Below, one piece after another: positions 40,270-53,429 of a DNA stretch of 64,000 nucleotides. Position 1 is the stretch's first letter. Every line of letters starts with the position of its first letter. The DNA comes from Convolutriloba macropyga. Taxonomy: Eukaryota. The position numbers were made by a program, and so were the translations under genes. The DNA lies in assembly GCF_964194025.1 (NCBI RefSeq), contig NC_134472.1, positions 4,464,001-4,528,000 on the forward strand, written 5' to 3'. Below the pieces are notes generated by a model that saw only the letters and a list, made by a program, of their open reading frames with translations, was not told the origin of the DNA and did not search any database.

Positions 40270-40346
40270 AGCCGGAATAGCTTAGTGTTTAGTGACGAAG
40301 ACCGCTACCTGGTAGGTCGCGTGTTGGAACCCCTCTCTGTTCGGTA
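40270..40346 (+). mobile_element. tRNA-derived SINE-like cassette (related copies at about 27096-27170, 43436-43512, 44840-44925)
   Basis: gccggaatagcttagtgtttag (A-box-like) ... ggtcgcgtgttggaacccc (decayed B-box), then a T-run. The cloverleaf is broken. Confidence 0.6.
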
Positions 40347-41268
40347 ATTTTTAATCGTTTGAGAACAGTCACACGACTTCAATACGTTTGTTGCTTTCTA
40401 ATTTTTTTTTATTTTGGGTTTATTTTATAAAGTTAGTTAATGGTATTCAATAAATTGAAAACAAGTTTTATTAGTGCAATCCATGGAACGGTTTTGTTTT
40501 TTTTCCGGCTCTGAGTTTGGAAGTAGGTCTTTTCCTTTGTGCTGACTAGCCTGTTCATCATTTTTCATCTTGTGCATTCTGTTCTTTGAATTTTTTTAAA
40601 TCAAAATCTGTCATGCTCTTTCAAATGTCATCACGCTTTTTTGCTGATTTTGAGCTTTTGGAAGGGGATAACCAATAAAAACTCGAGGGATAAAATCTGG
40701 GATTGAGTATCTTTCTGATATTTGATTCGTCTTCCGTTTTACGTGATACTGTCGCGCTTGAATTTGCGACTATTTAACGGGAAATTCTGAAGAATGAGCA
40801 ATCACATATTTTATTTCACAATTTTTTTTGAAAGAAAATTCAATTTTACTCTATGGAATAGAGCCTCCAACGTTCTTCTAATTGAGCTATTTTTCTCGAC
40901 ACGGAACACTAAGCACCAGTATATTGCAAAAAATGCGTAAAAATATTGGAAACCAGGAAAGGTTTTAATTTAAAAAGGACCATCGAAAAAATCTCTTTGA
41001 AAAAAATCTATTTGAATTGATGCTTAAAAAGAATCTGATGTAATTACATTAATTACTTAACCTTCAGATATCGTATATAAGAGATTGAAGAAGAATTTTC
41101 CGAAAAAATAACCAATACGGGCGAAACGATAATCAAATTTGTTTAGAACTTCTGCGAAGTTATAGCTGATTAAAATTATGCTCCAACTTCATTTTGTTCA
41201 TGAACACTGTTGGAACTTTCTGTACTGCGCACAGACTCGAACGAGCCGTCCTGTTGTTTCTGTTTTAG

Positions 41269-41360
41269 ATCGATTTGAGGATCCGATTGCAAGTTTTCAA
41301 TCAGGCAGTGAGCCAGGAGACGAACCGGAGATACTGTCAGAAGGAGAGGTTTTATCTTAG
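41269..41360 (+). CDS. Candidate terminal exon of membrane protein B (NRFEDPIASFQSGSEPGDEPEILSEGEVLS*)
   Basis: Strong acceptor gttgtttctgttttag|AT. Phase 1 joins the 35712 donor in frame and gives an acidic tail ending in TAG. Confidence 0.6.
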
Positions 41361-43069
41361 CTTTATTTAATTAGTTAACCACGTCAAAACTACTTTCCAA
41401 GCATCAAACTTGGTTTCATATATTTGCCTTTCTATTTAGTTTTGCTTATTTCTGCCTTTATGTTAATGTGCTTTATTGCCTTCAAGTTGAGGACTGTTTA
41501 GACGATGATTGAAATTTCGAGGTTTAATTTACGCCTAGTGCAAATTTCCGGGTTATTACTGAATATTACTTCAATGTCTTCTTTTTTGAGATCTTGCCGA
41601 TAATTGGTGCACACTTTTGCATTGCTGCTATGGAAGAAAAATATGAAGTATTAGAATATGAGAAAAGAATTTTATCAATTTTTCATAAACCGAGGCCGAT
41701 AATTTTCAAAAGCTTTTATTATAAACTTAAGGCTTATTAACTCCAGAAATCAAATTCTTTTCTGTCGTGAGCTCATCGCTTAACGGCTAATAAGATGCTA
41801 ATTTGAATAGCCTAATTCTTTATTGTCTGATTACTAATTGCTCTTGAACGTAGTTCATAGCAATTGTAAACGTGTGTCTTTTTATGCAAAATTTTCGCTT
41901 GACGGTTTTGACATTTCGAGTGACTTTTACGCCCTTGACTTTTTGCGTTTCGCGTGGTCTAAAATTCTCTCTCAATCACAATTTGAAGCAGGTGAACTCA
42001 ATTGGCGGCAATTTAATACTAAAATTCAAATGAAAATTGCGCTGAAACTGGTGCCATTTTTCCACTTTAAATCTTAATAGTGGTAAACGTTAACCTTTAA
42101 TGCTGTTTTTTGAAGCCCACTATTGAACTTCTTAGTCCCATTTAGGCTCCCCCCCCCCCCCCCCCCCCCCGACTGAAGCAGGTTGGAATTGATTAGAGCT
42201 CCCACTAGTCGTTCAAGAGCAATTCTTCCGACGTTTAGTCGATTATGTTTATATCCCTGCTTTTCGAACAGTTAATTTGTTAGCCTGAAGTGCATATTGA
42301 CCGTACAAATATCCCTAGCGAAGTATCAAAATGAAACTTTGGATCTTTTTCGTTCGTGCCCCCGCCCCCTCCAGTGCGTTATGCGCCCCAGGAACAGAGC
42401 ACGCGCCATTGCATAGTAAATCATTTTAAAGATATGCCACGTGTGTCTGGGGCGTGCAAATTATATGCACCCATTAAGCTGGGGGCACAAACGGAAGCTT
42501 TTTATGAAAAAAGGAGTTGATTTTTGTTTATCTGATGCTAAGCATGGTTATAGTTTCAACGAACATTGACATTTTTAAAATATTATAATAAAGTGAGAAC
42601 TAGTTAACAAATGGGGCTGATAACAGATCTCAAAAGTCTTCGAATACGAAGTTGTAGAAGCCGTGTCAAATTTCCGAAGCAGTTTTGTCAGTTCAATCTA
42701 TCAAAGTTGATATTGACGAGTACTATTCAAACAAATGGTGCCTGGAAGTTAAGTCGACGGTCGGAGATGTTGCAATTAGTTAGCTGCAGAGTTAAATGAC
42801 AGTTGTTTCTCTGCAGTCTTGATGATGAAATGTTAAATACATGAAACAGAAATTTGGACTAAAATTTTGTCATGATTCTGCATAACGATTTAATATGTCA
42901 AAATTAGCGCTAAGAATATGCTTGTGAAATGTTGAAAACTGACTTTAAAAAGTATCTAGTCGTCCAGTTTTTCATGTTTGGAACCTGTCATAGTTCCCTA
43001 ACGGCGCGTGGAGCAATTAGTAGTCCTGTTGGTTTGTTAGATCGATTTTTTGTAATAATAACTGTCGTC

Positions 43070-43170
43070 TGATTGGTTTTTTTCGTCTGGCCATTTGACT
43101 TTTCTTCCTCAAAACCGGGATAAACAGGTAAAGCGCGGAGGCCATTAAGTCGCTCAGCAGCGCTCTAAGA
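43070..43170 (+). repeat. Dispersed repeat (copies at about 59145-59280 and 61065-61200)
   Basis: Shared ttttcgtct..ccatttga.tttt..tcctcaaaa.cgggat.aa.ag. Confidence 0.7.
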
Positions 43171-43999
43171 GCTCAAGTGAGCTTCCCTAAGCCCCATCTA
43201 GCCGCTTCTCAGTCTTTTGAATGCAATTCGCACAACGTTAGTTGGTTATTCGTTTGCCATTACACCTCCCGCAAATTAAGGCATTTCAGGAGGCTAAATA
43301 GAAGTTCGGATCTTTTTGGTTTGTGCCCCCCAGCTTAATGGGTGTATATTATTTGTACCCCCCCCCCACACACGCACTGCAATATATACATATGATGATT
43401 TACTATTTAATAGCACATGTTCTTTTATGCGTACATAGCCAGTGTAGCGTAGTGTTTAATGTCGCAACCCTCATCCAAGAGGTTGCGTGATTAAATGTCT
43501 CCCTAGTCAGAATTTTTTGCACCATAAAAGTTTCCCTAGCATATGCCCTCTTTTAAATTGTTTGTCTCGCAAGTTGTTCGCGAGCAATCTATCTGACGTT
43601 AATCGGTTTATGTTTGCATTAAGTTAATAAAAAGCATTTGAAGCACTTCTAATAAGAACTTTGAAGCTCAGTTTTATAAGTAATCCATTTCTTGAAGTGG
43701 ATCTGAATTATTCAGTTAGAAAACCTTGATTCAGTGATAAATTTTAAGAATAAACTGTTATGATGAACTCGATAATGTTGCTTGAACTCTGCTGAGCTGT
43801 TACGCTTCTTTAATTTCGCTATTTGTTTGTGGTTTGCTTTTAGAAGCAATAATAACCCAATCATTAGTATTTTATAACCCAAATGATATGTTTTTATTGA
43901 TAGTGTTTTAATGATATGAAGTAATAATGTTGCTGATTATCTTTTGTACTTCAAAATTGATTGATATTTTGAATTTTTTGAATCACTGCCTTTTTCAAT

Positions 44000-46900
44000 T
44001 TTATACTGCTAAATTGTCTGTTGGTCGCCAATTGAACTTGATTTAAAACCACTGTTTTCAAACCACAATGCTTAAAAAGAGAATTATTATGTTTTTGAAA
44101 AGTGAGATAAGGTATTTTCCTCTTAAGAGAGGACATGACATCGTTTTGTTATCAGTTTAAAAAATGGAAATTATAACATTTGTCAAAAATCTGGTTTTTC
44201 TCGGCATTATTTCCCATGGTTTTATATATCGCCCTGAAATATATAGTGTTTCCTTTGTGAGTCGGGGGATTAGGTGAATACATTTTTGTAGCTCTTAGGA
44301 AAAAAATTTTGAAATCACGTTTTGTGGACATTCGTCAAAATCCAAATAAAACACTTAAACACGGTATTTCAAAATCCACTTGACGCTAAAGTTCTGAATT
44401 GTTCCTGATATGATCAAAGTGATGCTTGTTATGAGGTAATAACATCACTGCTGAGTTCTATAGTTTCAATTGAATCTTAAAGGCAGTCAACTGGAAAGCA
44501 CAAGTTTCAAACTTAGTTTGAGAATTTGGAGATATGAGCAACTGTCATGAATGAAAAATAAGTTGACGAGTTGAATTTGAGGAAATTTTAATTTCCTTTT
44601 TCCTGAAAATTTGTTTTCCTAATTTGAAGAAACCCACTTTTTCTTTTTCAGAACATATTTGTTTTCAATCGGACGAAATTTGAAGCAATTATTATAAACG
44701 TGTTTGTCTTTGCTATGCAATTTTTTTTCTTTGACTTCTCAAGTGAGTTTTTCAGGCTTCTGTTCATCAATTTAGAGTAATCTCAATTGCTCTCACTCAG
44801 AAGTAAAGTTTGTTGTTAAAGCAGAGCGATTGTAGCAAGATGTGGTGGCTTTCAGCCCAGTGGTGAGGGTAATAAGGCTAGGACTTCTGAGGTTGCGGCT
44901 TGGAATGCCGATGTTTGTGCACCCATAATAAAAATTTTATTTAGGCTACAGCACCTTAATTAAAATGCCCCGCCTGTCGTTCGAGAGCAATTTGTCCGAC
45001 GTTAGTCCGTATATGTGTTTTCAAATCAGGAGACCCAATTTGGTTAGATTTTATGGTTTAGACTGAGTAAATGATCTAATCAAATGGAGAGTATTGGTTC
45101 CGAATTGAAATGGAAAAAATGCAGAAAAATCAACGAGAGTCCAAGTAGGCGACAAGAGTTTAGTCGTTATGAAAGTATTTAATTTCAATTATTTGTTCAG
45201 ATTGTACGACAATGTAAAAATTCTGAACTGCAATAGTGGATCAGTCTATATCAAGTGTAACTTATGGTTTTTCATTCTGATTTTTGAATTTCGGAAAAAT
45301 GAATTATATCCGAAGAATTTCGGTTTTCTGAACATTCAGTCTTTCAGTCTGTTTTTCCGATTATAGTATTCTTAGAAGGTGCATTCTTTAAACTCTCTGT
45401 TGAGTTAGTTTTCGGATCAACTATAGAGTTTAAATTTGAAAGATTTTAAAAAATCCAAAATGGGTGATATCTGTTTTTTGAAGCGATCTCCTGTTTAATT
45501 ATAGTGATAAAACGGTTTGTTCAAATTGTTCAAAAATAATTGTTCAAAAAGATTAATAGATATAGTCGAGAAATCTTTGATTTCATGTAAATAATGCTCC
45601 GAAAGAAATTGTGACGTGTGTTTCATCAATTACCACTTTCTAGTATCCTATTTACTGTTCTTAGAGTCAAATTTTGGTTACCCAAATTTAATCCAAATAA
45701 AGTAATTTTTTTTTATGTATTCCAAGATTTCAAGGTACTAACAAAGATGAACTTAAAGTTTAATATCTTGAAAGCAAGTTGTTGATTTTAAGTCACGAAG
45801 TCCATATTAGGAAAAAAAGTTTTTCCTTCCAGCTTTAACGAATTTGCATTGAATAACAGAATCCTTATCAAAACTATACCTAAGGTTTCAGCGAATTATT
45901 TTGCTGCTTTCCGTACAAATTTAGAATTTGCAGCATTTTGTATTTTTTTCGCCTCTATAGATTTTCTTTTAAAAAAATAGAATTATCGATACTTCTTTCC
46001 TGCAGAAGCTGAAAAAGACAATAAAATTTGCATTGGGATGCGAACGTGTTAGATGAATTTGATGAAAAAGTGACAAAGGTTTTGTTCAATTTTCTTTTTG
46101 ATTGCTTTTTTTTATAGTTTTCACTTGTCTATAATTGAAGACGGCAGTTCTGTAATCTGTATTTGCGAATTTCGCGCTCTCAACTAACGCGTGTTCGTTT
46201 GCGTCCTTTTGTGATGATCTCAAACTTTTTGGATACAGAATGAACTTCTTTTTAAAAGAATGATTACTTTATTTCGTGTGGTTACAGAAAAGCAAATGTT
46301 GAGGTAAGTCTTTTTTATGTTGAAAATTGTCAACGTTCATCAAAATACTGTTTTAATGTTCGTTTTCGACATTTTTTAACTGCTAATTTTGTCGTTTGAG
46401 TTCGCTAGTTTATTATTGGTTTTCTGAACGACGTTGAAGTTTTTGTAGATACCAGTGGTTATAACATAAAAATTTTCTACAGTGGAACAGTATTAAACGT
46501 AGCGTCATGACCTGGTTAAATGTTAACCAATCAGAGATTGTGTTATTAACTTCAGCATTTTGTCTTTTTTATCACTGATAATGACGGGTTGAACTTAGTT
46601 AATCCAGTTGTTTAGTTACAGATAAGTTGCAAGCTTTATAAATAGAATACCAAATTTAAGTTTTCGAATCTAGATACAGTTGCATTTGACGTGCTTTGTG
46701 GCTTGGTGTACACAATTGTTGAAGATTTCACTCTGCGTTCTATATTTAGGTGTAAAGAAAATTCTGTAAGTTCTCCATTCAAATCTCTTTGGTCAGAATT
46801 ATGTACTGCTAACTTGTCGGCAATTGAACTTGATTTAAAACCGCTGGTTACAAACCGCAGACTGCTTAAAAACACAATTAGTGTTTTTGAAAAGTGAGCT

Positions 46901-49105
46901 AAGGCCTTTTCCTGTTAAGAACGAGACCACCACAGCGTTTTGTTATGAGCAGTGTATAGGGAAAATGAAAATGATAACATTTGTCGAAAATTCTGATGGT
47001 GGAGTTTCTAAAATCTTTTCCCTGGAGATTATTTCCCATGTTATATATGGCCCTGAAATATATAGTATTTCCTTTGTGTGTCGGAGGATTAGGTGAACAA
47101 TTTTTTTTAGCTCTTTAGCAAAAGTTTTGAACTGAGATTCTGTGGACATTCAGCAAAAAAAAGCTCTTAGAAACGGCATTACAAAATCTACTTGAGGCTT
47201 GGAATGCCGATGTTTGGGCCTCCATAATAGAAATTTTATTTAGGCTACAGCACTTTAATTAAAATGCCCCGCCTTTCGTTCGAAAGCAATTTGTCCGACG
47301 TTAGTCGGTGTATGTGTTTTCAAATCGGGAGACCCAATTTGTTTAGATTTTATGATTTAGACTGAGTAAATGATCTAATCAAATGGAGAGTATTAGTTCC
47401 GAATTGAAATGAAAAATGCAGAAAATTCAACGAGAGTCAAAGTAGGCGACAAGAGTTTTGTCGTTATGAAAATATTTAATTTCAATTATTTTTTCAGATT
47501 GTACGACAATGTTAATATTCTGAACTGTAATAGTGGATCAGTCTAATTCAAGTATAGCTAATGGTTTTTCATTCTGATTTTTGAACTTCGGAAAAATGAA
47601 ATATATGCGAAGATTTTCGGTTTTCTGAACATGGAGTTTTTCAGTCTATTTTTCCGATTATTGTATTCGCAGAAGGTGCATTCTTTAAAGTCTCTGTTGA
47701 GTTTGTTTTCTGATCAACTTTAAAGAGTTTAAATTTGAATTTTTTTTAAAAATCCAAAATGGGTGCTATCTGTTTTTCGAAGCGATCTCCTGTTTAGCTG
47801 TAGGACGATAATTGTTCAAAAAAAATTACAAGATGTGTTCGGAAATTTTGCGATTTCATGTAAATGTTGCTCCTAAAAAAATTGTGACATGTGTTTCATC
47901 AATCATCACATTCTAGTGTCCTTTTTACTGTTATTAGAGTCAGATTTTGGTAGTCCAAGTTTAATCAAAATATTTTTCTTGATGAAATGTTTTTAATCAG
48001 TATTCCAAGATTTCAAGGCTCCTATAAAGGTGAACTTAATGTTTTCTCATTAATATCGTGAAAGCAAGTTGTTTAATTTAATTCACGAAGTTCGTATCAG
48101 GCCAAAAGTTTTCCCTTCCAGCGTTAACAAATTTGTATTGAGGTACAGAATCCTTATCAAAACTATACCTAAGGATTCGGCGGTAATTAATTTGCTGTTT
48201 TCCGTACAAATTTAAAATTTGCTGCATTTTGTATTTTGTCGCCTCTATAGATTTTCTCAAAAAAAATAATTCATATCAATACTTCTAGCCTGTAGAAGCT
48301 TAAAAAGGCAATAAAATTTGCATTGGGATGGGAACGTGTTAGATGAAGTTGATGAAAAAGTGTCAAAGGTTTTGTTCAAATTTCTTTTCTTTGTAGTTTT
48401 CTTGGGTCTGTAATTGAAGACGGCAGTTCTGTAATCTGTATTTGTGAATTTGGCGCTCTCAACTAACGCATTTTTGTTTGCGTCCTTTTGTAATGGTCTC
48501 AAACATTTTGGATACAGAATGAATTTCTTTTTAAAACAATGATTACTCTATTCCGTGTGGTTACAGATGAGCAAATATTTAGATAAATGTTTTTAATGTT
48601 CAAAGATTGTCAACGTGCATCAAAATTCAAGTGGCGATACTATAAACATTATCTACAGTGGGGAAGTATTAAACATGGTGGAATGACCTGGTTTACTGTT
48701 AACCATTCAGAGATTGTGTTATTGACTTAAGCATTTTTGTCCATTTTATCACTGATAATGACTTATATAGCCGTAAAAAGATATGTTGGCGCTAGTTTAA
48801 ATGTGCTCTATCATTTTATAGAATTCTAAATGTGTAAAAATATGAAAGAAAATTTTGGAGTTATTCTGCCGGGCGAAAAAGGAATTATAACCTCTCATGC
48901 CTCACAGGTACAAAAATTCATGAAAGGCTGCACTTAGGTAATCCAGGTTTTCAGTTATAGATAAGTCGAGAGCTTTATAAATAGCAAACCAAATTTAAGT
49001 TTTCGAATCTAGTTACAGTTGTATTTGACGTGCTTTGTGGCTTAGTGTACACAATTGTTAAAGAATTTGACTCAGCGTACTATATTTACGTGTAAGAAAA
49101 TTCTG
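44000..49105. repeat. Diverged tandem duplication of non-coding/TE-derived DNA (about 44000-46765 and 46800-49105)
   Basis: Long collinear matches (e.g. 44895/47195, 45169/47466, 46600/48941). Copy 2 lacks about 44385-44895 and has an extra segment at about 48765-48935. Confidence 0.9.
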
Positions 49106-49830
49106 GTTGCAAATTCTCGATACAAAGCTATTTTTAGACCAAATTGTGGTAGCTTTTCAATTTTTTCTTCACAATATGTTTGTGATGCGGTATTTTAAGA
49201 AAATACGTAGGCGCTAATTCTTCGCATATTTTTGAATATCGAGTTAAAAAAATGGCCAGAACTTTTGCTAAGCTTGCTAGTTGAATAAAATTTGTGTGAC
49301 ATGATAATTCAATGACAATAAAGTGGGGTAATAGCAAGATATTTTAACTTGAATGAAAATGAAAATGTGTCAATTCGTCCTTACAGTGAACAAAATTTTT
49401 GGTTCCTAAATCACCCAGATGAGCTGATAATTTTCGCTTGATTATTGCCTCACCTCAAAAGTCAAGACTACAGATTAAGATTTTAAAAATGCGATTAAGT
49501 TCCAAACAACTCGCGGAGAGCACAAGCAACCAGCTGCAGCGCAAACCATGAGATCTTAAAGTAAAAGGGGAAGAAATATTGAAATATAAAGAAAGTGAGA
49601 ATGTGACAGATTGAAAATATGTTGATTTATTTTCGAGACTGAACGTCTTTGTTATGGTGATGTAAGTGATTAGTGACCATGATTAGATGTAATGTAACCA
49701 AAGTTCTTTTTATAAATTTTTATAATATTTACAGATGATTCGGGAGAAGAAGGGGGAGGAGGAAATAGCGCCAAAAAATTCAAAACTGAATGCTCTCAAG
49801 AATCGATTTGCTTTCAGATTTTTGCTGCCA

Positions 49831-50043
49831 ATGTCTGGAGATATGCAATCTGATGAGGTTACAGAGATTGATGGGTCGCAAGGCGAAGGAGGTGGAGAGA
49901 TATTGCGCAACTGCATTGCATATTCCACCATTTTGGGTAAAGCTATAAGTGTCACAAAGATCCGAGCTGGGAGACCGAAGCCGGGATTGAGACCGCAGCA
50001 CTTGCAAGGAATTCTGCTGGCGAGAGATCTTTGCAGAGCAAAG
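49831..50043 (+). CDS. RTCA: RNA 3'-terminal phosphate cyclase, coding exon 1
   Basis: EIDGSQGEGGGEILR...IRAGRPKPGLRPQHLQG is the RTC N-terminal signature. Donor AAG|gttcaa, phase 0. An in-frame upstream ATG at 49735 is an alternative start. Confidence 0.93.
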
Positions 50044-51172
50044 GTTCAAATGCTTCAGTTCATAACATGGTACATTTTGAGTTGATAAGAGGCACTTACA
50101 CGAAAAATTATTTCTGCAACACTGTTTCGAAAGAACTGAAAGTTTGTGTTGCCAATTTTTTTTAGCAAAACCTCAGAATGAAAGCGTTATCAACAAGCGT
50201 TTTTGATCGCTTTTTTTTAGAAAACTCATTGAAAGGCTATACATGAAATAATAATTATCAAATTTGTTCGATCTAATTGCGAATCGGGGATAACGGAAAA
50301 AGGGGGTAAGGGGGGGGGATCGTCGTACATTATACCCCCCAGCTTTTAACGTATTCTCCTAATTATCATAAATATACAACAAGGATGCTCGTTAATGTGC
50401 GTTGGCACATGATGTTCCGACCCGACATCATCTACATTTTTCACTTAATTGTCAACCTAACTATGAGATAATTAAGAATAGATGTTTGAGTTTTAAAAAA
50501 TCGTTACAAAACTGAACTACTAATTGAATTGCAAAATATCATGCCTCTTTAAACGCTCACAAGATTTGCCAATAAAAAAACGAGAAAAAAACAATAAGCC
50601 AAAACAAAATTTTTTCAGCGAATGTGATAAAAGAAGAGAAAAAGAAACACAAATATTGACCACTGACAAAACTTTATGAAAATGCATATTGTCCAACAAA
50701 GCATGAGTTACGACATGACATCAATGAAAAAATACTTTTTGAATTACAAGAAATTGGATGGAACCTCTCAATGATGAGATTACAAGCTGACGAAAAGAAC
50801 AAAAACTGAAAAGTATAAAAAAGGTTTGAGAACGAACAATATCGTAAACTTTAATGCTTCGCTAAAAATTGAGTACAGTGAGCAACATTATTCATTCAAT
50901 CAACAGTTAGAAGCCTATGAGACCAGTCAGGATTTTACGACTACATGAAGAATTAAATGGCAAAAATAGCCAATTCAAAAAAATTTGAGCGAGAAAAGTG
51001 TCGAAGCCAATAAAAACAAATTTTTGGTTAAAACTTTTCAAATCCCATATAAAATTTTAGCAGCAATGGGGTTTAACTTTTTTTAACAATATGACTTCAA
51101 AAATCAACAAGTATGAACAAATATTAAAAAAAAACCACGAAGTTTTTATAGAAAAACCGTTATATCAACGAC

Positions 51173-52750
51173 GTTAAATTCAATAGCTTTCAACGGAAGA
51201 TAAGCTAAGTTATGCCTCGGTGAAAAGGCAAAGACGTTTGTCAATCATAATTCATCAAAAGAACATCACAATAAGTCATGATTATGAAAACAACAACAAA
51301 TACATGCAAAAACCAAAAATTCAGTAGAAAAGTGCGAGAAGAAAGTGTCGAAGCCATTTAAACCATAAGAGTTTCTCTGGAAACCTAATCTATGGTCCAT
51401 TGGACTTCTTCTATAAGCCAATGGGAACTATCAATATTGGGATAACGAGATAAGATTTCAAAAGGAACCAAAATTACAAAAAATAAAATCCGAAATTTTT
51501 TGAAATCATGAAAACTCAAGGCATCGAAGTCATGAAACCATTAGTAAGTCGATAAACCGCTTACCAGATTGTTTTAATTGCAATTAAAAGGAATGGGGTC
51601 CTGTCATTACTGAGACTGACTTACAGTTCAGGAAAATAGTTTCATAATGGTTAGTGTCCAAAAAAGTTTTTTTTTTAAATATCTTAACAGCCGTTAAATT
51701 CAATAGCTCTCAACTGAAAACAATAAATACGGACAATTATGCCTCAATAAGGAGATAAAGATGTGTTTTGTTCTTACGTTATCAGTATGACATCAAAATA
51801 GGTCTTATGATTATGAAAACACCAACAGAACAGGCAAAAACCAAAAATTCAGAAGGAAAGTGCAAGAAAGTTAAGAAGCCATTTAAACCACAAATTTTTG
51901 TCTAAAAATTTTATCTATGACCCCTTGAACGCCTTGTCTAAGCCACTGAGAACAATCAATATTAGGATAATGTGAAAAATTTTCAAAGTGAAACAAAATT
52001 TTAAAAATATCCGAAAAATGATCAAAAATTATGAAAACTGGTGGCAGCGAAGTCATAAAACCAATACTTAGAAGATAAAACCACTAGCCAGATGCATTGC
52101 AGTTGCAATAGGAAATATGGAACTCCTGTCATTACTGAGATTGAGTTACAGATCATGAAAATTAATTTAAGATTGGATAATGTCCAAAAAAATTTTAAAT
52201 GTTTTTTTAGTCTTTAACAGCCATTAAATTCAAGAGCGTTCAGCGAAAGTAAAAATTATCTTGCTATATGCCTTGATGGGAAGACATGGATGTTTGTCAT
52301 CAACATGTTATCAATAAGACACCACAATAATTCCTATGATTTTGAAAACAACAACAAACACAAGCAAAAACCAAAAAAGTGCAGCAGAAATTTGAGAAGA
52401 AAGTGACGAAGCCGTTTAAACCAGAATCTTTTCTCTGAAAACTTTATATATGATCCTTCGGACGTCTATGTTAAGCCAATAAAACTACCAATACGAAGAT
52501 AATGAGATAAGATTTCAAAAGGAAACAAAATTACAAAAAAAAAATTTTTTTTGTAATTACGAAAACTCGTGTTATCGAAGTCATAAAACCGATAGCTAGC
52601 AGATAAAACCCCTTACCAGATTAATTTTATTTGCAGTAAAAAGGAAGGGGTTCATGTCATTACTGAGACTGACTTAGTATTCATGAAAATTAGTTTAATA
52701 TCGGTTAATCGAAAAATGAAATTTGAAAAATTTTTTTAGTCTTGACAGCC
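51173..52750. repeat. Tandem satellite, 3 units of 520-530 bp, in the RTCA intron
   Basis: Anchor (acagcc)gttaaattcaatagct at 51173, 51693 and 52223, with a fourth acagcc at 52745. More decayed sequence extends leftwards. Confidence 0.88.
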
Positions 52751-53429
52751 CTTAGCTGTCCCCTCAAAGCGCTATATAGGTTTACCTATTGCACCTATTG
52801 ACAATACGAAAGCCAAATGAATTTTTAGTTGGCAAAAATGTGCAATAGGACTACCAAAATTAAGTAAAATCTCAAAAAAATATCAAAATTTCATTAAAAA
52901 CTTCGAAAAATCAGACAATGTCGAAGACAAAAAAGACATGAGCGATGCCTTAAAAAGGATTTCTCTTTCATTGGGTATCATTTGACTGTAAATGAAGTTT
53001 GTCATTAATGGAACTTCGATATGAAAATGACAAGTCTCTAAGTGACTACAAAAGCAATAATAAATAGGAAAAGTTTTCTAAAAACAGCTCTCAAATTGTA
53101 TTCGAGTTTTTTTTATAGTAAACTTCCTCAGGAGATCTGAACTAGCCTTTTTATTGATCTACTGGTAGCACGAATTTGTTTCTTGTAGCATGAAATGTTG
53201 TTTTGTAAAAATTTTTTTGTAGAAAAGCCTTAATTTGAACAAAAATTTGAGTACATTTGAAATTGAAACCCATCATTTGAGTATATAGTTCCCCCCCCCC
53301 CCCCACAAGTGGGGTCGGAACAATAATGGGGGGGGGGGGGGGTATAATGGGAAAGACCCAGATGAATAAGAAGTTTCAACAATTTTATTTTCATTCTTTG
53401 AAGAATGCAATTTGATGAAATATTGACAG

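Noticed and set aside
40270-40346. Functional tRNA gene
   Set aside because: B-box is GTTGGAAC, the stems are broken, and the related copies are mutually divergent.
49735-49830. 32-aa N-terminal extension of RTCA as a firm call
   Set aside because: In frame and preceded by an acceptor, but I see no RTC homology and it contains a second acceptor-like TTTCAG; unresolved without transcripts.
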